64,000 bases of DNA from IMG/VR virus record IMGVR_UViG_3300030376_006242; one strand, written 5' to 3'. The position numbers and the translations under genes are program-made. Source of the DNA: a virus. Taxonomy: Duplodnaviria; Caudoviricetes. Positions 1 to 7,947 of this stretch are shown piece after piece. Positions within the stretch are counted from its first letter, which is position 1. Each line of letters begins with the position of its first letter. The notes below the pieces were generated by a model that made no database searches, had not been told where the DNA came from, and worked only from the letters and a program-made list of their open reading frames with translations.

Positions 1-1
1 A

Positions 2-394
2 GTGGTTTCACCATTAGCATTAACAGTACTTCAGTCAGCAACAACTTCAGCGTTCGCAAGAACAACTGAAGGAACGTTTGAAGCACCAACTAACCAAAAA
101 ATGGTTGGAACTTTAAACAGTGCGATGAAAATCTACGTAGATACATATGCGGCTGATGATACAGACGTATTAGTAGGTTACAAAGGTTCATCAGAAGCAG
201 ATGCGGCGGCATTCTATTGCCCATACATTCCGTTAATGTCTTCTGGTGTTGTACTTGATCCAGGTACGTTTGAACCAGTTGTTTCTTTCATGACTAGATA
301 TGGTTATGTTGAGTTAAACAATACTGCTTCATCACTAGGTAACGCGGCAGATTACGTTGAGACTATTGGTGTGTCTAACACATCTTTCAGTTAA
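2..394 (+). CDS. gp23: Major capsid protein, T4 gp23-like (C-terminal part; 5' end outside window)
   Basis: Motifs VGYKG..EADAAAFYCPYIPL and FEPVVSFMTRYG match the gp23 C-terminus; followed by a strong terminator. Confidence 0.93.
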   Translation: MVSPLALTVLQSATTSAFARTTEGTFEAPTNQKMVGTLNSAMKIYVDTYAADDTDVLVGYKGSSEADAAAFYCPYIPLMSSGVVLDPGTFEPVVSFMTRYGYVELNNTASSLGNAADYVETIGVSNTSFS

Positions 395-417
395 TCCGTA
401 ACTTGAACGATATATTG

Positions 418-442
418 AAGGGGGCTTCGGCCCCCTTTTTTA
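418..442 (+). terminator. Rho-independent terminator after the capsid gene
   Basis: AAGGGGGC-TTCG-GCCCCCTT stem with a UUCG loop, then a T-run. Confidence 0.92.
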
Positions 443-460
443 TTGACTTTTTTATCAGAC

Positions 461-489
461 TTGACAGATTAACCAAAATCTGTTATAAT
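461..489 (+). promoter_or_regulatory. Consensus sigma70 (early, host-type) promoter
   Basis: TTGACA (461-466), 17 bp spacer, TATAAT (484-489). Confidence 0.9.
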
Positions 490-517
490 TATTACGAAAA
501 CTCTAACAAGGAAACAA

Positions 518-724
518 ATGAAAAAAATAGCATTAATATTAGCAACGTTGTTCATAGTATCTGCTTGTTCAATTCCAAAAAATCCAAAAGTTTCTTTTGG
601 AAAAAAATGTATGGTAAAAGACGAAAGTGTCAGTTACTCTTACGTTTGGTTATATGATAAGAACACAGGCTTACCTGCATCAGCAGAACAGTGTGAAGCA
701 CTACCTAACGCAAAAGGCAAATAA
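518..724 (+). CDS. Small lipoprotein
   Basis: MKK, hydrophobic stretch and lipobox VSAC (Cys17); SD AAGGA upstream. Confidence 0.75.
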   Translation: MKKIALILATLFIVSACSIPKNPKVSFGKKCMVKDESVSYSYVWLYDKNTGLPASAEQCEALPNAKGK

Positions 725-729
725 ACTTC

Positions 730-1530
730 ATGGACCTAATTCAGCCATTGTTTTTGAACCAATCAGGTAGAACAGAAACGGCTGAATTAGGCGTAGCCAA
801 TAGTAGTTGGTCACAAACTTTTATCTTTGATGTAATTCAAAAAGACATAGACAAAGGTGTAGACAGTTTCTTACTGTTTATTAAACCAGAAGAAAAAACA
901 TGGACTCCTGATTGGAACTACCAAGCAGAGATGGTAGCCAAAATTAAAAAACAATTTCCAAAAATACAATTGATTGTAGATGTTTGTTTGTGTTCTACTT
1001 TGCCAGATGGTCATTGTAGAGTGATGGACAAACCAGACACCAGTGAAGCACTGTTAATCAACTTGGGTAAGAAATTAGAATCAGCAGGTGCAGACATATT
1101 GGCTCCATCAGACATGGGAGACAACACAGTGCAAAATTTAAAAGCAGAAACAGACTGTGAAGTAATGGCGTATGTAAAATATAGAAGTGTGTTTTACAGT
1201 TCATTTAGAAATTTAGCAGACAGCACACCAACAACTGAAAGAACATATCAGTTGCCTATCAATGGTGATTCAGGAATGATTGCCACAGCAAATAAATTTA
1301 GAAGTCAAAAAGCAGATTATCTCCTACTTAAACCAGCACAGCACAGTTTGAATGATTTAGGCATGATATCCATCAGTACATATAATCCAGTAGGATTGTA
1401 TCAAGTGAGTGATGAATATCTAGGATTGCCCACTGTAGAGCATCAAATAGAAATTGCTAAAGTGTATCGCAAAGCAGGTGCTAAATTTTTAGTCACATAC
1501 GGAGCAAGAGATATAATTGGGAAAATTTAA
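730..1530 (+). CDS. hemB: Porphobilinogen synthase (ALA dehydratase)-like, lacking the N-terminal arm
   Basis: DVCLCSTLPDGHC (Zn triad), GADILAPSDM, YVKYRSVFYSSFR (Schiff-base Lys 1), YQL, LLKPA (Lys 2), YQVSDEY, AGAKFLVTY. Confidence 0.85.
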   Translation: MDLIQPLFLNQSGRTETAELGVANSSWSQTFIFDVIQKDIDKGVDSFLLFIKPEEKTWTPDWNYQAEMVAKIKKQFPKIQLIVDVCLCSTLPDGHCRVMDKPDTSEALLINLGKKLESAGADILAPSDMGDNTVQNLKAETDCEVMAYVKYRSVFYSSFRNLADSTPTTERTYQLPINGDSGMIATANKFRSQKADYLLLKPAQHSLNDLGMISISTYNPVGLYQVSDEYLGLPTVEHQIEIAKVYRKAGAKFLVTYGARDIIGKI

Positions 1531-1802
1531 TGGAACACGAAAAGATACTGATAGAATTTAAAGAATACATGGATAGACTTCAAATATGGAAGAAAAATCA
1601 TGGTATATTCATCAATGACATAAAGAAACTGGAAAACTCAATGAATAAAATGTATGATGAATACACTAATATTTTAGTTGATTACCGTAGAACCAAAAAA
1701 GACAGATACCTAGAAGAAGCCAATAAAGTGCTGTTAGAAGCAATAAATCTAGCAAAAAAATTCTCAAAAGTAGAACTATTGGCATCACTCAGCAAACGAT
1801 AA
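1530..1802 (+). CDS. Hypothetical helical protein
   Basis: 90-aa ORF coupled to hemB by a TAATG overlap. Confidence 0.7.
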   Translation: MEHEKILIEFKEYMDRLQIWKKNHGIFINDIKKLENSMNKMYDEYTNILVDYRRTKKDRYLEEANKVLLEAINLAKKFSKVELLASLSKR

Positions 1803-1805
1803 ATA
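1799..1805 (+). promoter_or_regulatory. T4-late-like promoter ATAAATA
   Basis: Same box precedes most structural genes in the window. Confidence 0.7.
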
Positions 1806-1807
1806 CC

Positions 1808-1897
1808 TTTAGTTCAAACGAACTTTGGCATAATGTCAAAGTCTTATGCAGTAATAACCCACTGCGTACCGGATAGAACCCGGATTGGACTTCTAAA
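1808..1897 (+). ncRNA. Candidate structured 5' leader (four-way junction)
   Basis: Closing stem 1811-1817/1885-1891 encloses hairpins 1822-1842, 1845-1868 and 1869-1883; G-U pairs in three of the four stems. Confidence 0.55.
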
Positions 1898-1911
1898 ATA
1901 GGAGAAAACAA

Positions 1912-2370
1912 ATGGGAAGACCACTTAACAAAAGACTGTTCACAACAGCGGCTGGCGGTGCAACTGCGGCGGCAAGTGAAATTAAAGTCAACTTTCACAA
2001 TGGTTCATCAGTTGTTGAAGGTACTATCGTAAGGCAAAAAGGATCTAAAAAATTCGTAGTTGCTGAAACTGGTGCCACTGACACTGAAATCACTTGTACA
2101 TTGGTATCTGGAAAATTACCTGCGGCATTAACTTCAGGCGAAATGACAATATCAGTACAAGGTTCTGACAATGAAACTTACGGCGTAAGCAAAATTTCAG
2201 GACGTACTTTGACAGTTGCTAAACCAAGCAATACTGGATCAAACGCATTAGACGGACAAAAACTCGCATGGGATTTTGCGGCGGCTAGTGCTGGTAAAGT
2301 AAAAGTTGAAGAAGCGGGTGATGACGACGTTGCTAACTCAGACGACGACGACTTCACAGATGACGCATAA
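1912..2370 (+). CDS. Hypothetical virion protein with acidic tail
   Basis: SD AGGAG; late promoter upstream; hairpin downstream. Confidence 0.8.
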   Translation: MGRPLNKRLFTTAAGGATAAASEIKVNFHNGSSVVEGTIVRQKGSKKFVVAETGATDTEITCTLVSGKLPAALTSGEMTISVQGSDNETYGVSKISGRTLTVAKPSNTGSNALDGQKLAWDFAAASAGKVKVEEAGDDDVANSDDDDFTDDA

Positions 2371-2382
2371 TATAAAATACAG

Positions 2383-2408
2383 TTTAGGGAGTGGCAACAC
2401 TCCCTAAA
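2383..2408 (+). terminator. Hairpin (terminator or processing site)
   Basis: TTTAGGGAGTG-GCAA-CACTCCCTAAA, 11 bp with a GNRA loop; weak U-tract. Confidence 0.65.
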
Positions 2409-2420
2409 TTATAAAAAACT

Positions 2421-3434
2421 ATGGCAAAAACAGTTTATATAGAAACAGGTGATTACAAAATTAAGGTAGCAGATACCAGTAATGAAATTACATTAGATTC
2501 TGCTTTAACTCATATCACAGGTGATTTAAGAGTTGAAGGAAACACAACCACTGTCAACACAACAAACTTAGAAATCGAAGATAACAATATTCTTTTAAAC
2601 AAGAATGAAGCAGGTGCAGGTGTTGGTGAAGGCACAGCAGGTGTTAGTATCGATAGAGGTACATACGCAAACGTACAAATAATTTATGACGAATCAATAG
2701 CATGGAACAATCCAAGCACACAAACAGTTTCACAAGGACCAGGACTACAAGGTCCAGGATATGGTTCTTTCAAAGTTTCATCAACAGATGGAAATGACAT
2801 TTTAGCATTAAGAGTTGCCAACATAAACAACACAAACGCAATTTATTTTGAACCAGGTGGAACGGGCACTTTGAGATTAGGTGGCAGTATTGCTCCAGCA
2901 AACTACATCAGCAGAATGAACGATGACAACGATATTCCAAATAAAAAATATGTTGATGATGAAATTAATGCTGTTGTAATTGGTGCGGCATTTCCTAGAA
3001 TAGTTCAAGATGACACAGAAGTAAAAATAACAGACAACAGTGTATCTGGTAACACATCTAAAATAGAAGTTACTATTGATGGAACATTATTAGGATTATG
3101 GGAGCCTACAAGATTTGAATTATACCAACAAACAACAGATATTGCTAACATAAGAATTGAAGGTGACACAATCAGTGGATTAAATTCAAATCAAGATTTA
3201 GAATTGGTAGCACCGGGTACGGGTTCAGTAAGGGCAAATGACTCGTTCGTTATCAACAATAGACCAAGTGTGCAGGATCCTGCTGTAGACCCGTTATATG
3301 ACGCCAATGGCGTTAAATTGTATGCTAAATCACCATCTGGTGGAGATACAGGATTATATTTTGTAAATACAAACGATACAAGAGGAGAAGTGATCAGCAA
3401 GAACAGAGCACTGCTTTTTGGATTAATTTTTTAA
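2421..3434 (+). CDS. Virion fibre/baseplate structural protein
   Basis: GDLRVEGNTTTVNTTNLEIEDN and DIPNKKYVDD fibre motifs; hydrophobic C-terminus. Confidence 0.7.
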   Translation: MAKTVYIETGDYKIKVADTSNEITLDSALTHITGDLRVEGNTTTVNTTNLEIEDNNILLNKNEAGAGVGEGTAGVSIDRGTYANVQIIYDESIAWNNPSTQTVSQGPGLQGPGYGSFKVSSTDGNDILALRVANINNTNAIYFEPGGTGTLRLGGSIAPANYISRMNDDNDIPNKKYVDDEINAVVIGAAFPRIVQDDTEVKITDNSVSGNTSKIEVTIDGTLLGLWEPTRFELYQQTTDIANIRIEGDTISGLNSNQDLELVAPGTGSVRANDSFVINNRPSVQDPAVDPLYDANGVKLYAKSPSGGDTGLYFVNTNDTRGEVISKNRALLFGLIF

Positions 3435-3444
3435 AGGAGAAACG

Positions 3445-3771
3445 ATGGCAATAACAAACTCAGAAGTAAACGGAACAGTAGACGTTCTTACAGTACCTGC
3501 AGGCAAAAGTTATGCTGTTACATCTATATTGATCACAAACGTTGGACCAGAAGCCTCAGATGGCAGTGAAGACAGTAACTTCACATTGTACGCTGTTACA
3601 GGTTCTTACAGTTCAAATGCATCAATGATAGTTAACAACGCATTACTTCCTGGAGCAGAAACTTTTACACTAGATACAGAAAAAATAGTGTTGGGTGCTG
3701 GAGACTTTATCAGAGTTGCTCAATCAGGTAATAACAATATTTCAGTTGTGGTTAGTTACTTGGAGGTGTAA
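3445..3771 (+). CDS. Small structural adaptor (~108-aa family, copy 1)
   Basis: Similar to 11687..12019 and 25101..25421 (T/Y-x-P start, EKIVL/EKLIV, V-x-SY-x-E end). Confidence 0.7.
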   Translation: MAITNSEVNGTVDVLTVPAGKSYAVTSILITNVGPEASDGSEDSNFTLYAVTGSYSSNASMIVNNALLPGAETFTLDTEKIVLGAGDFIRVAQSGNNNISVVVSYLEV

Positions 3772-4568
3772 TGAGATATTTAAAACGTCAATCAACAAAT
3801 AGAAGACTCCTACGAGGTAAAGGTTTAATTTACACTCAGTATGAAGAAATTGAAGCACAATCTACAGGTGCTTTTTTAGTTCCTAAAGGAACTCAAGCAC
3901 AACGTCCTGGATCACCAACAGAAGGACAATTAAGATTCAACACAACATTAAGACAACTAGAAGTTTATGAATCATTAGGTGGTGGTGCACCTGTTTGGAA
4001 ACAGTTTAGATTATCTGAAGCACAAAATATTGTTGTACAAAATTTAAGTAATGGTGATGATGTAGAAGTAAACTTTGGAGGATTAAATGATGGATTTGGA
4101 TCAGGTTTAGGTTATCCAACTTCACCAGAAAATATTTTAGTAATGGTTGAAAACGTTTTACAAATTCCAAACACAAACTACACTTTAACACAAAATCCAT
4201 GTGATGTAAACAGCAATATTATAAGTGCTGTCGCAAATTACAATTCTACAGGAGTTGGTGCTTTTATCAGTGGCAACACTGCTTTGATTGATTGGCAGTC
4301 AAAAGGTTATCATGTTGGACAAACTGTGGTAGTTTCAGGTTCAGCAACAAATGACGGCACGTACACAGTGTCAGCAGTTACTCCACAATATTTGAGCGTG
4401 ACTACATTGTTGAACACAGAAGCAAACAATGGTGGTGGAAACACATTCAACATGGATGGAAAAAGTTCTGTAACAGGATTATCTTACCCAGCAGGACAAT
4501 ATATTACATTTGGAACGGCAGTTCCAACAGGTAAACCAGTCACTGTTTTACACAACTTTGACAAATAA
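3771..4568 (+). CDS. Virion structural protein
   Basis: VPKGTQAQRP..P.EGQLRFNT fibre repeat; VMVENVLQIP. Confidence 0.7.
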   Translation: MRYLKRQSTNRRLLRGKGLIYTQYEEIEAQSTGAFLVPKGTQAQRPGSPTEGQLRFNTTLRQLEVYESLGGGAPVWKQFRLSEAQNIVVQNLSNGDDVEVNFGGLNDGFGSGLGYPTSPENILVMVENVLQIPNTNYTLTQNPCDVNSNIISAVANYNSTGVGAFISGNTALIDWQSKGYHVGQTVVVSGSATNDGTYTVSAVTPQYLSVTTLLNTEANNGGGNTFNMDGKSSVTGLSYPAGQYITFGTAVPTGKPVTVLHNFDK

Positions 4569-4609
4569 TACCTTTACCAAATTTCAATAAATACTAAAAA
4601 AGGAGCACT

Positions 4610-7600
4610 ATGGCTGTAACCAATGTAGGTAGAATATCAGGACCATTATTAAAAGCAAATCTTACAAGAACATCTGATTTGGCTTTTGAAACGGATCTTT
4701 TATACATCGGACACACTAACGGCAGAATAGGTGTAAAAAGCGATGCTCCTACAAGAGATTTTCAAGTTAATGGTAATGCTAGATACACAGGCGATTTAAT
4801 TGCCACAAACTCCGCATCATTTGGAAACTTAGAAATTGATGGTTTAACCAGTACATTCTCAACATTTACTGGTCCAATCAATATGAATGCCACTACAAAA
4901 TTCCAAATGACTGAATTACGTACAGGAAATTTAGCATTTACAAACAGTGGTATAAGAGCATACAACGGTCAAAATATTGAAATTGCACCAGGACCGGGAA
5001 CAGGTAAAGTAATAATTCCATCAGACCTTAATACAACAGGAAGTATTCATGCTACTGGAGATATTTCTTTTGACGGAAATATTTTTATAGGTGGTGATGG
5101 TCCAGAAGATACTTTAAGTTTCAAAGGCGATATAGAATCAGATTTAATTCCTGATGTCACAGGCACTTATAATATTGGTTCAACTTCACAACGTTGGGGC
5201 GATGTTCATGTTGGTTCCATGACTGGTTTAAATGATATTGTTGTTGATAATACTATTTCTTTAGCAGGTGTAAGAGTAAACTTAGGTATTGAAAACAAAT
5301 GGTATGTAAGTACAAATGGAACTGATAACCTAGCAGGTAATCACCCTAACTTCGCATTTGGAACAATACGTCATGCACTTCAATACATTGAAGAAAGCAC
5401 AGCAGGACCACATCAATTACATATTTTACCAGGAACTTATATAGAACAATTTCCTTTAGAAGTACCAGCAAACGTAACAGTAAAAGGTGCAGGTATCCGT
5501 TCAGTAACAATTAAACCAAATGTTCCAGGAAGATATCAAGATGCATTTTTAATGAATGATGGTTCTTCTGTAACTGATTTAACAATTAAAAATTTCCATT
5601 ATAGTGCTAGTCTAGACAGAGGTTATGGATTTAGATTTGCTCCTAACGCCGGTATAGTTACCAAGTCACCTTATATACAAAACGTTTCAGTTGTTACTCA
5701 AGGCGACAATCGTACAGCCACTGACCCAAGAGGATTTGATTCAGGTGACGCAGGTAGAGGTGCTTTAGTAGATGGAAATGTTTTAGATACAGCATCTCCA
5801 AGAGCAAGTATGCTTTTCAATGGTGTAACATTTATCACTCCAGGCGCAGATGCTGTTACAGTTAAAAATGGATCAAGAATAGAATTTATAGATTGCTTTA
5901 CGTACTTCGCAAACAGAGGTTTGTATTTAGAACACTCGTTAAATCAATACACGCCAACAGGAGGAAGTTATAATCCTGCGACTGGTGTAATGAGTTTGAC
6001 CGTTGGCAATCACTCGATGAGAGTTGGTGAAACAATCACTATCGCAAATAACAGTTTGACTTTCACGTGTGCTATGGACAATCATCAAACAGATCACACT
6101 TACCCAAGAGCAACAGATCCTTATTCAGGAAAAAAGATTACAATTACAGACACAACCGCAACGTCTATTACTTGTAATGTTGGTATATCCAGCAACACAT
6201 CAGCACACACATTCAAAAGTGCTACTGCCAATGCTGTAACAGAAGGCACAATGAACGAAGCAAGAGTAATTGCTAGTGCCACAGTTTATGGTAATCAAGG
6301 TGTTGTAGCAGACGGTAATGGTTGTTTAGCATATTTGATAAGTCATAACTTTGCTTATGTTGGTGCAGGAAAAAATGTAGAAAATGATGTAGACAGCATT
6401 GATCAAGCAAATGAAGTTGTAACAACAAATAATGCTAAAGTTCATTTTGTTAGTCAAGACCAAGGCGGAGATTTTAGAGTTGGTGATAATTTTATTGTGG
6501 ACCTAGCAAAAGGTACAACATCAATAGCAGTAAATGAAGGTGACCTTGGTGCTTCAACATTAACAATTGGTGTACAAGGTAAACAAACTCTTGTTGATGC
6601 TACTAAAATAGATGTACCTAATTTTAGAATTAAAGATAATAAAATTCAAACTTTAAACAATGGATTTACAATAAGTGCTGTTGGATCAAATAATATAAAT
6701 TTAAATTCAAATGTTTTAATGCCTAATGTAGATGTTACAGGTAATGCTACAATTGGCGGATCAGGAATAAATTTTGGAAATGAAGCAGGTGACACTGTTG
6801 ATTTTGCTATGGAGTTTGAACAAGATTTATTACCAACGAACAACACTCAAAGCAACATTGGTTCACAAACAAAGAATTGGAAATCAACTAATTCATCAAG
6901 AATCGCATTAGATAACATTGATATTCATAACAACATAATACAAACTACAGACACAAATTCACAATTAGAATTAAGAGCAAATGGCACAGGTAAAGTTAAT
7001 TTAGAAGATATTGGTTTTAAAACAACAGTAACTTCAGAACAAGGAGATGTAGCATTTAGTGGTGGAGCAACAAGCACAATTATAGACACAACAAGTCATA
7101 TATTGCTACCATCAGGCACGTCAGCACAAAATCCTAATCAAGGAAATGCTGTAAGATTTGATTCAAGTATAAATGAATTTGAATTATTTTCAACAGGTAA
7201 AATAGCACTAAATGGAATCAAAGATGGTGACCGAGACACTTACATAGATTTAAGCAATAATAAATTTACTTTTTACGCAGATAACACTTCTATTGGTGAA
7301 ATAGATGGTGCTGGAAATTTAATTGTTAATAGGTTTTCAAGTCAGGATCAATTTGCTATAGATGGCAACACAGTTACAGTGGGTACTGCTTCAAATCCTC
7401 AAGCAGGATTTACAGCAAATGGCACAGGTAAAGTTTTACTAGACACTGCTAATCTATCAGTATCTGGCGGTGTTATTGAAAACAGTGTGGTAGACGCAGA
7501 TATCACTTTTACTGGTACAGGTGTAAAACAAAATAGAACAGTAACATTTGACTCAACAAATGGTTATGTAGGACCATTTGGAACAGGTGTACAAAGAGAT

Positions 7601-7771
7601 GCCACAACTCCAAGATTAGGAGCAATATGGTGGAACTCAGACAGTGGTCTTTTAGAAGTGTATGCTGGAGCAGTTGATGGTTGGGTTTCTTCAATTGGTG
7701 TACAATCAGTCACAGTAACAGACGAAATTGCTCAAGATCTCAACGTGGTTTACAACCTCATATTAAACTAG
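4610..7771 (+). CDS. Tail fibre/spike-like protein with pectin-lyase-like beta-helix (paralogue of 7948..11679)
   Basis: N-terminal VGRISG-x-LLK-x-NL shared with the paralogue; YVSTNG-x-D, PGTY-x-E-x-FP, SPYI-x-N, DPRGF motifs. Confidence 0.75.
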   Translation: MAVTNVGRISGPLLKANLTRTSDLAFETDLLYIGHTNGRIGVKSDAPTRDFQVNGNARYTGDLIATNSASFGNLEIDGLTSTFSTFTGPINMNATTKFQMTELRTGNLAFTNSGIRAYNGQNIEIAPGPGTGKVIIPSDLNTTGSIHATGDISFDGNIFIGGDGPEDTLSFKGDIESDLIPDVTGTYNIGSTSQRWGDVHVGSMTGLNDIVVDNTISLAGVRVNLGIENKWYVSTNGTDNLAGNHPNFAFGTIRHALQYIEESTAGPHQLHILPGTYIEQFPLEVPANVTVKGAGIRSVTIKPNVPGRYQDAFLMNDGSSVTDLTIKNFHYSASLDRGYGFRFAPNAGIVTKSPYIQNVSVVTQGDNRTATDPRGFDSGDAGRGALVDGNVLDTASPRASMLFNGVTFITPGADAVTVKNGSRIEFIDCFTYFANRGLYLEHSLNQYTPTGGSYNPATGVMSLTVGNHSMRVGETITIANNSLTFTCAMDNHQTDHTYPRATDPYSGKKITITDTTATSITCNVGISSNTSAHTFKSATANAVTEGTMNEARVIASATVYGNQGVVADGNGCLAYLISHNFAYVGAGKNVENDVDSIDQANEVVTTNNAKVHFVSQDQGGDFRVGDNFIVDLAKGTTSIAVNEGDLGASTLTIGVQGKQTLVDATKIDVPNFRIKDNKIQTLNNGFTISAVGSNNINLNSNVLMPNVDVTGNATIGGSGINFGNEAGDTVDFAMEFEQDLLPTNNTQSNIGSQTKNWKSTNSSRIALDNIDIHNNIIQTTDTNSQLELRANGTGKVNLEDIGFKTTVTSEQGDVAFSGGATSTIIDTTSHILLPSGTSAQNPNQGNAVRFDSSINEFELFSTGKIALNGIKDGDRDTYIDLSNNKFTFYADNTSIGEIDGAGNLIVNRFSSQDQFAIDGNTVTVGTASNPQAGFTANGTGKVLLDTANLSVSGGVIENSVVDADITFTGTGVKQNRTVTFDSTNGYVGPFGTGVQRDATTPRLGAIWWNSDSGLLEVYAGAVDGWVSSIGVQSVTVTDEIAQDLNVVYNLILN

Positions 7772-7825
7772 TATAAATTAACCTTGTACACAATATAATA
7801 CCGAAATACCGATAAATAATATTAA

Positions 7826-7934
7826 TGCAGGATCAGACCAGGTCCAGCAGGACAAACCGTGGTACAACCGGCGAAGAACCTATGAATAACGTAGGGTGAA
7901 AACAAGGGTTGGTGGGACAAGATCCCCGTGCTGT
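7826..7934 (+). ncRNA. Candidate structured 5' leader RNA
   Basis: GC-rich non-coding segment between late box 7812-7818 and the SD; hairpins 7826-7849, 7879-7895, 7914-7926. Confidence 0.5.
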
Positions 7935-7947
7935 AAAAGGAGAAACA

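Noticed and set aside
403-657. 84-aa ORF in the track
   Set aside because: Runs through the terminator and sigma70 promoter and overlaps the better-supported lipoprotein ORF
1808-1897. tRNA gene
   Set aside because: Four-way topology, but no D-loop GG, T-loop TTC or CCA, and stem lengths are wrong; kept only as a structured leader
7909-7947. N-terminal extension of the fibre gene from the track
   Set aside because: ATG 7948 has an SD and aligns with the paralogue's N-terminus
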